Assembly (NCBI GenBank): GCA_031551525.1
Contig: JAVBNN010000009.1
Location: forward strand, 1,120-65,119
Direction: 5' to 3'
Source: Acidaminococcales bacterium
GTDB taxonomy: Bacteria > Bacillota > Negativicutes > Acidaminococcales > JAISLQ01
Length of the DNA stretch: 64,000 nt
Under the pieces are notes generated by a model, which was given only the letters and a program-made list of their open reading frames with translations, was not told where the DNA came from and made no database searches. The position numbers were made by a program, and so were the translations under genes. Shown here piece after piece: positions 24,602-34,076 of this stretch. Each line of letters begins with the position of its first letter. The stretch's first letter is position 1.

Positions 24602-26368
24602 ATGGATGACTCTTACAGGGAGTTTGTCGAGACCGTAAGGACAAAAAGCGACATACTTGCGCTCGTGTCCGACTATGTGGAATTAAAAAAGCGCGGCGGC
24701 AAATATTGGGGCTGCTGTCCGTTCCACCAGGAGAAAACGGGCTCCTTTTCAGTTACTCCCGAAAAAGGATTGTTTTATTGTTTTGGTTGCCATGCTGGTG
24801 GCGATACAATAAGTTTTATTCAAAAAATAGAAAACCTCTCTTTTGTTGATGCGATAGTCCTTATGGGTGAAAAAATGGGCCTTGAGCCTCCCCGGCGCCA
24901 ACAGTCGGACGCTTATGCGCAAAAAGACAGACTGGCGCAGGATATATACAAAATAAACACACTGGCAGTCGAATATTTTTCCGCCTGCCTCAACAAGACC
25001 AAATTTGGCCAGCATACATCAACGTATCTTGCCGGGCGTGGCATAAACAAAGAAACCATAGAAAAGTTTTCTCTTGGCGCGGCTCTCCCCAGTCGCGATG
25101 CTATGTATAGAGCGTTTCTCAAACGCGCGGCCGATATTGACCTTATGATGAAAGCCCGGCTAGTCACCGAACGCGGCGCAGGAGAGCATTTCGACTTTTT
25201 CCGTTCCCGGCTCATGATACCCATTAAAGACGCCCGTGGCAGGGTTGTAGGATTTGGTGGGCGCATTATGGGGGAAGGTCAACCCAAATATTTAAACAGT
25301 GCGGAAAGCGAATGGTTCAACAAAAGATTTTTACTGTATGGTTTGGATCTGGCCATGCCAAATATAAAAAAACTGGGCAGCGCGATTATAGTGGAAGGCT
25401 ACATGGATGCCATAGCACTGCACTCAGCTGGCTTTTCCAATGCGGTGGCCTCTCTTGGCACAGCGTTTTCGGCACAGCAGGCAAAGTTGTTGGCCCGGGT
25501 TGCCCCAGAAGCAGTATTTTGTTATGACAGTGACCAGGCAGGCCGGCAGGCTACCCTTAGGGCAGTGTCGATGGCCAGGGCTGCCGGACTGAAGGTAAAG
25601 GCGCTAACGCTTCCGGGCAGCAAGGATCCAGACGAATTTATTGCTAAAAACGGCGCGGAAGCGTTCTCTGAAATGCTCAAAAAAGCAAAAACGGGTTTTG
25701 ATTTTCAAAAAGACTACATTCTGTCGCAGACAGATTTTTCTTCTTTAGCAGGAAAAGTAGAAGTCGTGTCGAATATGTTACCGATAATTGCAGAGTTAAA
25801 AAATGCAATCGAAATCAAAGAACATGTTTCCAACCTGGCCCAGCAGCTTACCATAGACGAGGCTGCCATTCAAAGCGAACTTAATAAATATCTGCGCGGT
25901 AACAAGCAAAGCAGCGAAGTTGTCATCGCGAAGTTGCCTGCAGAAAAAAAGTCCATGCTGGAGAAAGCAGAACTGCAGCTATTGGGAGCGGCCTACAAAA
26001 ACCCGGATATTGTTAGTTATATCGAAAAACATCTCGGCGGGGAAAACTTCACCGATCAGGAAAACCGGGAAATATTTTCCCTACTGAAAAGACGCCTGGG
26101 GGAAAACCTTCTGCCGGAAGAAATTTTCTCGCTTTTGCCCGATGCCGCCAAAGCTAGACTGTCTGTTATTCTGGCTGACGATACCGTTGCGGACTTCAAA
26201 ACGGCAGAAGACTGTTTGAAACAGATAAAAAAAGCTGTTTTAGAAAAAAAGTTCAAAGAAAGCAGTGACAAAGCCACGGAATATGCACGTTTGGGGGATA
26301 GCCGTTATTTACAGGAATTGGCAAAAAGTAAAGATATTAAAGAAGAGATCAAAGACCTGTTTTCATGA
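24602..26368 (+). CDS. dnaG: DNA primase
   Basis: Zinc finger [31 protein letters not shown] and [18 protein letters not shown]...CYDSDQAG. Start at MDDSYREF (ATG 24602). Confidence 0.95.
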   Translation: MDDSYREFVETVRTKSDILALVSDYVELKKRGGKYWGCCPFHQEKTGSFSVTPEKGLFYCFGCHAGGDTISFIQKIENLSFVDAIVLMGEKMGLEPPRRQQSDAYAQKDRLAQDIYKINTLAVEYFSACLNKTKFGQHTSTYLAGRGINKETIEKFSLGAALPSRDAMYRAFLKRAADIDLMMKARLVTERGAGEHFDFFRSRLMIPIKDARGRVVGFGGRIMGEGQPKYLNSAESEWFNKRFLLYGLDLAMPNIKKLGSAIIVEGYMDAIALHSAGFSNAVASLGTAFSAQQAKLLARVAPEAVFCYDSDQAGRQATLRAVSMARAAGLKVKALTLPGSKDPDEFIAKNGAEAFSEMLKKAKTGFDFQKDYILSQTDFSSLAGKVEVVSNMLPIIAELKNAIEIKEHVSNLAQQLTIDEAAIQSELNKYLRGNKQSSEVVIAKLPAEKKSMLEKAELQLLGAAYKNPDIVSYIEKHLGGENFTDQENREIFSLLKRRLGENLLPEEIFSLLPDAAKARLSVILADDTVADFKTAEDCLKQIKKAVLEKKFKESSDKATEYARLGDSRYLQELAKSKDIKEEIKDLFS

Positions 26369-26406
26369 TAAACAACAGGCGACTTTGCAGGAAAGGAGGG
26401 GATAAC

Positions 26407-27999
26407 ATGGCTCAAACAAAAAAATTGCCTAAAGAGCAACAGGAACATGTAGATGAACTATTAAGCAAGGGCAAAAAACGCGGCGGAATTTTGACGCACA
26501 AGGAAATACAGGATTCCATGCAGGATTTTGAAGATATGCCGCCGGAAGACATGGATGAAATGTATGAAATGTTCGCACACCAGGGCATAGAGATAGTAGA
26601 AGAACTGCAGAGCGGGTCAGAGGAAGAGTCCGTCCAGGCTGTGCCGGCAAATATTACCGAAGATACGGAAGTGGAACTGGTCGTGCCTGATGGTATCGGC
26701 ATTGACGATCCGGTCAGGATGTATCTTAAAGAAATAGGCCGTGTCCCCCTTTTAACAGGCGAAGACGAGATAAAATTGGCGAAGAGGATGGACAAGGGCG
26801 ACTATGTCCAGCGTATATTGAATAATGATCTCGATGATAACGACGTGCCCAATCTTGACCGCAAAAAATCCAAGACCCTCCTTGAAACCATTGATAAAAT
26901 TGTTGAACAGGAAATAGTGCTGATCAACCAGAGAAATCCGGATCATATCATGGATCTTCTCTTGAAAAAAGCGGGCAAAGATAAAAAATTAAGCAACTCC
27001 GACATCAAAAAAATTGCCTTTGACCTTACCAAATGTGAGATGGGGCTAATTATCCGTACTCTTCAGGAACTGCACATAGAGATAAAAGCGGATGTTCCCT
27101 TGTCTATTAATACTCAAACCACCGACCGGGAGATTTCTCGGCTGTTGGAAATGCATCATATGGTTCATGCCCTTCAAATACGTGTACACAGCGGGGATAA
27201 AGTAGTAACGCGGGCGCAGCTCAGGGAACGCACCAAACGCTACAATAATATCATGAACACCGTTCTTTTGCAGGGCGACGCAGCTAAACGATGTCTCTCC
27301 GAAGCAAACCTGCGTCTGGTGGTAAGTATCGCCAAACGCTATGTGGGGCGTGGTATGCTGTTTCTCGACCTCATACAGGAAGGGAATCTCGGTCTTATTA
27401 AAGCAGTAGAGAAGTTCGACTACAACAAAGGCTACAAATTCAGTACATATGCCACATGGTGGATACGGCAGGCCATTACCCGCGCTATTGCCGACCAGGC
27501 CCGTACTATCCGTATACCGGTGCATATGGTGGAAACCATAAACAAACTTATCCGCGTTTCCCGCCAGCTCTTACAGGAAATGGGCCGTGAACCTCTGCCG
27601 GAAGAGGTGGCCAGTGAGATGGACACCACGGTAGAGCGAGTGCGCGAGATCATGAAAATAGCACAGGAGCCGGTATCTCTCGAAACGCCGATCGGTGAAG
27701 AAGAAGACTCCCATTTGGGCGACTTTATCGAAGATCAGGACGCCCCGGCACCGGCGGACGCTGCATCGTTTATACTTCTGCGAGAGCAGTTGGATGAAGT
27801 GTTGGAAACACTGACTTCGAGAGAAAAGAAAGTGCTCGAGCTCAGGTTTGGTCTCGAAGACGGCCGATCGCGTACTCTTGAAGAAGTTGGTCAGTATTTC
27901 GGTGTCACCAGGGAACGCATACGCCAGATAGAGGCCAAAGCTTTGCGCAAACTGCGTCACCCGTCACGCAGCAAGAAATTGAAGGACTTTTTGGAATAA
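26407..27999 (+). CDS. sigA: Primary sigma-70 factor (SigA/RpoD) with a long insertion between regions 1.2 and 2.1
   Basis: Region 1.2 [16 protein letters not shown], region 2 [39 protein letters not shown] and [27 protein letters not shown], region 4.2 [30 protein letters not shown]. About 530 aa. Start at MAQTKK (ATG 26407). Confidence 0.95.
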   Translation: MAQTKKLPKEQQEHVDELLSKGKKRGGILTHKEIQDSMQDFEDMPPEDMDEMYEMFAHQGIEIVEELQSGSEEESVQAVPANITEDTEVELVVPDGIGIDDPVRMYLKEIGRVPLLTGEDEIKLAKRMDKGDYVQRILNNDLDDNDVPNLDRKKSKTLLETIDKIVEQEIVLINQRNPDHIMDLLLKKAGKDKKLSNSDIKKIAFDLTKCEMGLIIRTLQELHIEIKADVPLSINTQTTDREISRLLEMHHMVHALQIRVHSGDKVVTRAQLRERTKRYNNIMNTVLLQGDAAKRCLSEANLRLVVSIAKRYVGRGMLFLDLIQEGNLGLIKAVEKFDYNKGYKFSTYATWWIRQAITRAIADQARTIRIPVHMVETINKLIRVSRQLLQEMGREPLPEEVASEMDTTVERVREIMKIAQEPVSLETPIGEEEDSHLGDFIEDQDAPAPADAASFILLREQLDEVLETLTSREKKVLELRFGLEDGRSRTLEEVGQYFGVTRERIRQIEAKALRKLRHPSRSKKLKDFLE

Positions 28000-28075
28000 A
28001 CCATTGACACAGCACAAGATATAATATTATAATATATTCGTTGGCTCTAGGCGGATTGCCTGGTGAGTCTGACAA

Positions 28076-28150
28076 GGGCCTATAGCTCAGCGGTAGAGCC
28101 ACCGGCTCATAACCGGTCGGTCCCTGGTTCAATCCCAGGTGGGCCCACCA
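28076..28150 (+). tRNA. tRNA with anticodon CAT (Met, or Ile2 if lysidine-modified)
   Basis: Cloverleaf by eye: GGGCCTA/TA/GCTC-AGCGGTA-GAGC/C/ACCGG-CTCATAA-CCGGT/CGGTC/CCTGG-TTCAATC-CCAGG/TGGGCCC-ACCA, with an encoded CCA. It lacks the initiator features (1:72 is paired and the anticodon stem has no three G-C pairs). The C4-C5 acceptor pairs resemble tRNA-Ile2. Confidence 0.88.
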
Positions 28151-28212
28151 ATTTGTTTTGGAAGCGGAACCTTGCCGGGTTTCGCTTTTAATATTTTACA
28201 GGATGTGGTAAT

Positions 28213-28902
28213 ATGCGCCTCGGAGAAAGGCTCAAATGCGTAGCCAGCTATGTGCCCGAGGGCGCAAAACTTGCCGATGTCGGTACAGACCACGCTTACC
28301 TGCCCGTCTGGCTGACTGAAAATGGCGTCATAAACTTTGCCATAGCCACGGACATTGCGGCAGGACCGTGCAGTGCGGCGCGCGCTTCTATAGAACGGGC
28401 CGGACTGACCGATAAAATAAAAGTACGCAGGGGTGACGGCCTGGCGGCCGTACAACCGGGCGAAGTAGATACTGTGGTGATAGCCGGAATGGGCGCATCC
28501 AATATCATTGGCATATTGCAAAAAGCCACAACCGTATTGGACAAAACAGAAAAACTCATACTGCAACCTATGGCAGAAAGCGTTTTTTTGCGACGCTGGC
28601 TGCACGCTAACGGCTGGCGTGTGGAAAAAGAAAAACTGGCTAAGGAAGCAGAACGTATATATGAAATAATAAGCGCAATAAAAAGTGCTGGCGACAAGTA
28701 CGAAGAATGGGAGTACCAGACCGGGCGTTTGCAGCTACGGGAAAAAGATCCGTTGTGGTGTGAATACATGGGAATTTTATCAAAAAAACACAACTTTGTT
28801 CTTAAAGAAATGGAAAAAAGCAACGATGCTGCCGGGAACGAGAAATATAGGGAATATCAAAAACTTGTGGCAAAACTGGAGGAACTTTTGAAATGCCAGT
28901 AA
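28213..28902 (+). CDS. trmK: tRNA (adenine22-N1)-methyltransferase TrmK (YqfN)
   Basis: MRLGERLKCVASYVPEGAKLADVGTDHAYLPVWL...ATDIAAGP, plus the conserved position after sigA. Confidence 0.85.
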   Translation: MRLGERLKCVASYVPEGAKLADVGTDHAYLPVWLTENGVINFAIATDIAAGPCSAARASIERAGLTDKIKVRRGDGLAAVQPGEVDTVVIAGMGASNIIGILQKATTVLDKTEKLILQPMAESVFLRRWLHANGWRVEKEKLAKEAERIYEIISAIKSAGDKYEEWEYQTGRLQLREKDPLWCEYMGILSKKHNFVLKEMEKSNDAAGNEKYREYQKLVAKLEELLKCQ

Positions 28903-29993
28903 AAGTAGCGGAACTGGTAACACTCTTGGAGAGTTTTGCGCCGCCTGCCTTGGCCGAAGAGTGGGACAATGTCGGCCTTCTGACGGGACGTAGCGACAGG
29001 GCAGTCACAAAAGTGCTTCTGGCACTTGACGTGACGCCGGAGGTAGTAGGTCAGGCCGTGTCTGTTGGTGCGGAAATGATAATATCCCATCATCCGCTGA
29101 TTTTTTCCCCGTTGAAAAGTCTGGCAGAGACCAATTGGCATACCAGAATGTTAGCCATGATTATTAAAAACGAATTAGCGGTCTATTCAGCACATACTAA
29201 TCTAGATATGGCCACAGACGGTGTAAATGACGTTCTGGCTAAAAAACTTTCATTGCTCAATGTTGAAAAACTCCATACGGGAAAGTATGAAGAACTGCAC
29301 AAAATAGCTGTATTTGTGCCGCTCAGTCATGCCGAGGTAGTGGCCACAGCCATGACGCAAAAAGGAGCCGGCCATATTGGGAACTATAGTGACTGTACTT
29401 TTCAGATGCAGGGAACGGGCACTTTTCGTCCGCTTGAAGGCAGCAGTCCTTTTATTGGGCAAAATGGCCAACTTGAAAAAGTTAAGGAAATAAAAATAGA
29501 AACTATCGTAAACGCCAACAGGCAACAGGAAGTAATAGCGGCCATGCTGGCCGCCCATCCATATGAAGAAGTAGCCTACGATATATACACCTTGCTGAAC
29601 AAAAATCACTCCGAAGGCCTTGGACGGATAGGAGAATTGCCGGATGAACTTGATACCAGAGAGTTTGCCAAATTTGTCAAAGTGGCACTGGATATTGAAC
29701 ATATCTTATATGTAGATGCCGGCAAACCGGTAAAAAAAGTTGCTGTGTGCGGCGGAGCGGGCGGGGATTTTTTAAAGTATGCCATACAGGCGGGTGTGGA
29801 CCTTTTTCTAACTGGCGACGTCAAATACCATACCGCCCAGGAAGCTCTGCTTTCTGATATAAGCATAGTGGACGCAGGGCATCAAGGTACAGAAAAACAC
29901 ATAATGCCGGTATTGGCGGAAAAAATAAAAATATGGGACAACACCCTGGAAGTTATATTGGCCAAAGAAAAAAGTATTTTTCAGCAATTATGA
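28893..29993 (+). CDS. Nif3-like dinuclear metal centre protein (YqfO/GTP cyclohydrolase 1 type 2 homolog)
   Basis: AEEWDNVGLL...ISHHPLIF...AHTNLD...GGAGGDF...TGDVKYH are NIF3 family hallmarks. It overlaps the trmK stop, as in the Bacillus yqfN-yqfO pair. Confidence 0.88.
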   Translation: MPVKVAELVTLLESFAPPALAEEWDNVGLLTGRSDRAVTKVLLALDVTPEVVGQAVSVGAEMIISHHPLIFSPLKSLAETNWHTRMLAMIIKNELAVYSAHTNLDMATDGVNDVLAKKLSLLNVEKLHTGKYEELHKIAVFVPLSHAEVVATAMTQKGAGHIGNYSDCTFQMQGTGTFRPLEGSSPFIGQNGQLEKVKEIKIETIVNANRQQEVIAAMLAAHPYEEVAYDIYTLLNKNHSEGLGRIGELPDELDTREFAKFVKVALDIEHILYVDAGKPVKKVAVCGGAGGDFLKYAIQAGVDLFLTGDVKYHTAQEALLSDISIVDAGHQGTEKHIMPVLAEKIKIWDNTLEVILAKEKSIFQQL

Positions 29994-30008
29994 CAATGGA
30001 GGGCGACC

Positions 30009-30944
30009 ATGCTAGATGAATTTAAAGCGGGAGATAAAATACGGCACATCGTGCTTTTACGGGTGCAAAAAGTAGGCACATCCTCAAACGGAGGAGTATT
30101 TGCCAGAGGAACAGTTCAGGATAATAGCGCATCACTGCCGTTTGTCTGTTTTGACAGCTACACGGTGGAGCTTTTACGTAAACTCGCCGGCCCGACTGTT
30201 TTTACGGTCTACGGTGCCGTTGATGTCAACCGCTTTGCTAATGACGGCTCCTTACAGCTCATGCTGCAAAAAATAGATGAACCGCTTTCCACAGACAACC
30301 TAGACCATCTCTTGCCGCAGGGCGAATTGGATATAAAAAAATATGAAGCACGCTTCAAGGCTCTCCTGGACGCTATCGTCGACCCGCCAGTAAAAAAGCT
30401 GCTGGAGGAAATTTTCCAAGGCGTTTTATACCAGTCCTACAAGACCAACCCGGCTGGGATGCGCCTCCATCACGCCTATATCGGTGGCCTCTTGGAACAC
30501 TCGGTAGACGTAGCCGAACTGGCTCTCGCTATGGCGGACAAAATCGGGAATACGGATAAAGACCTAGTCATCGCCGGTGCGCTCATGCACGATTTAGGCA
30601 AACTGAAAGAGATATCCCAAGATATCGGATTTCCCTATACAGACGAAGGGAAACTGGCCGGGCATATCACCCTTGGCGTCATCATGGTAAGTGAATTTGC
30701 CAGACGCATGGAGGCGGAACCTTTACCACAGGAACGTCTCAGCGAACTCCTGCATATACTGGTTGCCCACCACGGTACCCAGGAAAAAGGCTCGCCGGTG
30801 CCCTGTAAAACCAGAGAAGCTTTTATCGTTAGCTATGCAGATGAGCTCGATTCCATCATGAACCAGTTTCGTCACCCTGAAACATCCGGCAAGTGGCAAT
30901 ATTCCAAGATACTGGGCCGCGAGATAATGCTACCTGTTGACTAG
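30009..30944 (+). CDS. OB-fold plus HD-domain 3'-5' exoribonuclease, YhaM-like
   Basis: N-terminal OB-like segment (VLLRVQKVGTSSNGGVFARGTVQDNS) and an HD domain HHAYIGGLLEHSVDV...GALMHDLGKLKE...HHG. Confidence 0.7.
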   Translation: MLDEFKAGDKIRHIVLLRVQKVGTSSNGGVFARGTVQDNSASLPFVCFDSYTVELLRKLAGPTVFTVYGAVDVNRFANDGSLQLMLQKIDEPLSTDNLDHLLPQGELDIKKYEARFKALLDAIVDPPVKKLLEEIFQGVLYQSYKTNPAGMRLHHAYIGGLLEHSVDVAELALAMADKIGNTDKDLVIAGALMHDLGKLKEISQDIGFPYTDEGKLAGHITLGVIMVSEFARRMEAEPLPQERLSELLHILVAHHGTQEKGSPVPCKTREAFIVSYADELDSIMNQFRHPETSGKWQYSKILGREIMLPVD

Positions 30945-30977
30945 CATTTACCGCTGTGTTATGCTCAAATCAGGTAA

Positions 30978-31333
30978 TGTGAGCAAGAAAGGCAATCGCG
31001 CCCGTGCACGACACGGTCGAGGAAAGTCCGAGCTCCACAGGGCAGGGTGCTGGGTAACACCCAGCGGGGGCGACCCCAGGGAAAGTGCCACAGAAATGAG
31101 GACCGCCGGCATTTATGCCGGTAAGGGTGGAACGGTGCGGTAAGAGCGCACCAGCGGACGGGTGACCGTCCGGCTAGGTAAACCCCGCCTGGAGCAAGAC
31201 CAAATAGGGAAGGGATGAAGCTGCCCGCTGAACCTTCCGGGTGCGTCGCTAGAGCAGGCAGGTAACTGCCCGCCCAGATAAATGATTGCCACCGCTTTTG
31301 CGGAACAGAACTCGGCTTATTGACTGCTCACAC
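30978..31333 (+). ncRNA. rnpB: RNase P RNA, bacterial type A
   Basis: P4 strands GAGGAAAGTCCGAGC (31019-31033) and ACAGAACTCGGCTTA (31305-31319), plus GGTAAGGGTGGAACGGTGCGGTAAGAGCGCACC and CAGATAAATGATTGCC. The 5' GTGAGCA pairs with the 3' TGCTCAC to form P1. Ends are approximate to within about 5 nt. Confidence 0.92.
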
Positions 31334-31393
31334 TACCGTTTTTTTGCCCGCAGGAATTTGTTAAAAATCGCAAAATAAAAAGGAGGGATTTTT

Positions 31394-31717
31394 GTGGGTA
31401 TATTACATCTTGACGCGGCCGATAAATTTGAAGCAATGGTCGCTAAATCGGAAACACCGGTATTAGTAGATTTTTGGGCGCCCTGGTGTGGGCCCTGCCG
31501 TATGGTAGCGCCGGAACTGGAAAAACTTGATGCCGAAGCGGGCAGCAAAGTGAAAATCGTGAAGATCAATATAGACGACTTCGGTGACTTGGCTAAAGCG
31601 CACAAAGTCCTCGGTGTTCCAACTATGGTGCTTTTTAAAGGCGGCAAGGAAGAAGAACGGCTGGTCGGCTTTCGGCCTCACAAAGACATCCAGAAAGCTA
31701 TCGAAAAATTTTTGTAA
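31394..31717 (+). CDS. trxA: Thioredoxin
   Basis: VLVDFWAPWCGPCRMVAP active site. 107 aa, GTG start behind AGGAGGG. Confidence 0.93.
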   Translation: MGILHLDAADKFEAMVAKSETPVLVDFWAPWCGPCRMVAPELEKLDAEAGSKVKIVKINIDDFGDLAKAHKVLGVPTMVLFKGGKEEERLVGFRPHKDIQKAIEKFL

Positions 31718-31731
31718 ATGGCGGTAACCAG

Positions 31732-32100
31732 ATGAAACTTCGTGGAGTCAGGGGCGCGACTACCTGCCAAGAAGACCGGCGGGAAGCCATATTTGAAGCC
31801 GTACAGGAATTGTGGCGGCAACTGGAAACAGATAACAGCTTTACGGAAGATGACATCGGAGCGATAATCTTTAGTTCCACCCCCGACCTTTCGTCAGCTT
31901 TTCCCGCCGCCGCTGTCCGCGCACTGGGTTGGGAAAATGCTCCGCTCTTTGGTACAGTAGAAATAGACAACCCGGACGCGGTAAAAAAATGCGTTCGCGT
32001 CCTGGTTCTTTGGAACACAGATAGAGGACAAAGAGAGATAAAACACGCCTATCTGCGCGGCGCGGCAGTATTGCGGCCGGATAGGGCGAACATAAAATAA
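31732..32100 (+). CDS. aroH: Chorismate mutase, AroH class
   Basis: MKLRGVRGATTCQEDRREAI...IFSSTPDL...FPAAAVR...VRVLVLWNTD is the monofunctional AroH pattern. Confidence 0.85.
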   Translation: MKLRGVRGATTCQEDRREAIFEAVQELWRQLETDNSFTEDDIGAIIFSSTPDLSSAFPAAAVRALGWENAPLFGTVEIDNPDAVKKCVRVLVLWNTDRGQREIKHAYLRGAAVLRPDRANIK

Positions 32101-32128
32101 AAACCGTTTAAAAAACGGTTTTTATTTT
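32098..32128 (+). terminator. Rho-independent terminator after aroH
   Basis: AAACCGTTT (32101-32109), AAA loop and AAACGGTTT (32113-32121), followed by TTATTTT. Confidence 0.75.
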
Positions 32129-32178
32129 ATATAATGCTTATCTAGTAACTTTAGTTACATTTTTTAAAATGGCCGATT

Positions 32179-32230
32179 CATTAGAATGCTGCTTCTAAGT
32201 TTCAATAAACTTAGAAGCAGCATTCTAATG
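32179..32230. promoter_or_regulatory. Perfect 24-bp-arm inverted repeat, a candidate upstream activator sequence for the sigma-54 enhancer-binding protein
   Basis: CATTAGAATGCTGCTTCTAAGTTT (32179-32202), CAAT, then AAACTTAGAAGCAGCATTCTAATG (32207-32230). The centre is about 110 bp upstream of the -24/-12 promoter. Confidence 0.5.
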
Positions 32231-32311
32231 TTTAAGAAGAAAAACTTCGGTATAAAATCAGAAAATTCAAAACAGTTCAGTCTTTACCTACTGAATGTTC
32301 AAACAGATATT

Positions 32312-32327
32312 TGGCATGAAAATTGCT
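32312..32327 (+). promoter_or_regulatory. Sigma-54 (-24/-12) promoter
   Basis: TGGCATGAAAATTGCT has GG and GC in the canonical spacing (consensus TGGCAC-N5-TTGCW). It lies 55 nt upstream of the first gene of the operon, and a sigma-54 activator is encoded at the operon's end. Confidence 0.8.
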
Positions 32328-32382
32328 ATTTAATACAACAGGAGCGCAAAAGCTTACTAATTTTATTAAGAGGTGAGGAGCA

Positions 32383-33600
32383 GTGGGAGTAAAACTGACA
32401 CGTGAAGAAGAGGCCATGTTGCGTGGTGACAATGGTGAAGCCTGTAAAATAGCGATGGAAGTATTGATGCGCCTGGCCAAATCGCTTGGCGCGGAAGAAT
32501 TGGTTCCGGTGTCATCAGTGCAATGCATGGCGCATTATGGTTCGCTTCACGATGCGGGACTGGAATGGCTGGAAAAGCTGGCTGCACTAGGCGGAAAATG
32601 CTGTGTGCCGGCAACTCAAGACCCGGCGTCTATACCGTTTGACTGCTGGGAAGAGATGGGTTTTGACAAAGAATACGCAGCCAAGCAGCATCGTCTTGCC
32701 GCGGCTATTAAAGAATTGGGTGAAGTTTTGACCTGGAGCTGTACGCCTTACGCAGTTGGTCAAGTGCCGCGTTTTGGCCAAAACATCGCCTGGGCGGAAT
32801 CTTCAGCCGTGTCTTACGCAAACTCCGTTATCGGGGCAAGGACTAACAGGACGCCTGCCGGTATGGCCATCTGTACGGCTATAGCGGGCCGGGTACCGAA
32901 AGAACGTATGTATCTTGACGACAACAGGGTAGCAACCGTAAAAGTAAATATCAAAGATGCCGGCGAACTGACCGATCTTGATTATAACACCTTGGGCATA
33001 ATGCTGGGCAAATTTGCCGGTACCAAGATAGTGGCTTTGGACGGCATACCCACATCGGTGACTAACGATGGTTTGAAATATTTCGGCGCAGCGGCTGCGG
33101 CGAGCGGCAGTGTATCCATGTATCATATCCTTGGCGTAACACCCGAAGCCTTTGGCCGCGATCCGTTTGCCGGCAAAAAACCTGCCGAAGAAGTTACTTG
33201 GACACGTCAAGACATAAAAGCCATGGAAGAGTCGCTTACCACGAAAAATGCCGGAGAGGTGGATATAGTAGTAGTCGGCTGTCCGCACTATTCCATAAGC
33301 GAACTCATGAAACTGGCCAAACTGGTAAAAGGCAAAAAAATCAAAAAAGGCAAAGAATTTTGGGTATATACACCGTTTGAAACGGAAAATTTGGCCAAAC
33401 GCATGGGATTGGTGGATATTTTGGCAGGAGCCGGTGTTACTATCCTGGCCTCCAGCTGCCTTGTGATAAGCCCATTCCCGCGTTCATACAAAACACTGAT
33501 GACCGATTCCGGTAAAAATGCCAGCTATCTGCCATCAGAACACAATATAGAACTGGTATACGGCTCCATGGAAGACTGCGTAAAAGCGGTAATGAACTAA
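32383..33600 (+). CDS. Aconitase X catalytic (large) subunit, DUF521 family
   Basis: 405 aa starting MGVKLTREEEAMLRGDNGEACKIAMEVLMRLAKSLGAEELVPVSSVQCMAH..., with conserved Cys in SCTPY, VGCPH and SSCLV contexts. It is followed by the DUF126 partner. GTG start behind GAGGTGAGGAG. Confidence 0.75.
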   Translation: MGVKLTREEEAMLRGDNGEACKIAMEVLMRLAKSLGAEELVPVSSVQCMAHYGSLHDAGLEWLEKLAALGGKCCVPATQDPASIPFDCWEEMGFDKEYAAKQHRLAAAIKELGEVLTWSCTPYAVGQVPRFGQNIAWAESSAVSYANSVIGARTNRTPAGMAICTAIAGRVPKERMYLDDNRVATVKVNIKDAGELTDLDYNTLGIMLGKFAGTKIVALDGIPTSVTNDGLKYFGAAAAASGSVSMYHILGVTPEAFGRDPFAGKKPAEEVTWTRQDIKAMEESLTTKNAGEVDIVVVGCPHYSISELMKLAKLVKGKKIKKGKEFWVYTPFETENLAKRMGLVDILAGAGVTILASSCLVISPFPRSYKTLMTDSGKNASYLPSEHNIELVYGSMEDCVKAVMN

Positions 33601-33615
33601 GGGAGGGCAGAGCAG

Positions 33616-34047
33616 ATGGAAAAAATAATCATAAAAGGCCGGCCGGTAGTCGGCGGCGTAGTTGAAGGAAAAGCCCTGGTCAGCCAGGATGCTTTAGTTT
33701 GGTCACACGGCGTCTATCCGCCGACCGGAAAAATAAACGATGTACGGGTAAAATTGAACGGCACGAGCGTCAAAGACGTCATTTTAGTCTACCCTTATGG
33801 CAAAGGCTCCACCAGCACCTCTACCTGGATGCTGGAGACCTTCCGTTACGGCAATGGCCCCAAAGCTATTTTAAACATCGAAACAGAGGGCCTGATAGCC
33901 ATAGGTTCTATTTTAGCAGATACCCTCTACGGGATAAAATGCCCGGTCGTGGATCGTTTTGACAAAAATCCTCTGGAACTCATAGAAACTGGCGACCTAG
34001 TGCGTGTTGACGGTGAAACAGGCATTGTAGAAATAACCAAAGCGTAA
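33616..34047 (+). CDS. Aconitase X swivel (small) subunit, DUF126 family
   Basis: 143 aa with KGRPVVGGVVEGKALVSQDAL...GKINDV...VKDVILVYPYGKGSTSTSTWMLETFRYGNGPKAIL, the DUF126 pattern. Confidence 0.75.
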   Translation: MEKIIIKGRPVVGGVVEGKALVSQDALVWSHGVYPPTGKINDVRVKLNGTSVKDVILVYPYGKGSTSTSTWMLETFRYGNGPKAILNIETEGLIAIGSILADTLYGIKCPVVDRFDKNPLELIETGDLVRVDGETGIVEITKA

Positions 34048-34076
34048 AGTTTATTGATATGCATCAGGAGGGCATT

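Noticed and set aside
27905-28132. 75-aa minus-strand ORF overlapping the end of sigA and the tRNA
   Set aside because: It overlaps a clean tRNA cloverleaf and the 3' end of sigA, so it is a shadow frame.
30937-31143. 68-aa ORF overlapping the 5' half of the RNase P RNA, and the antisense ORF 31333-31647 opposite trxA
   Set aside because: The region 30978-31333 carries the universally conserved P4 and other RNase P RNA blocks, and thioredoxin with WCGPC is on the other strand of the second ORF.
32186-32392. 68-aa ORF MLLLSFNKLRSSILMFKK... upstream of the AcnX gene
   Set aside because: It is made up of the 52-bp palindrome, AT-rich spacer and the sigma-54 promoter. It has no RBS, and a regulatory interpretation explains the sequence better.
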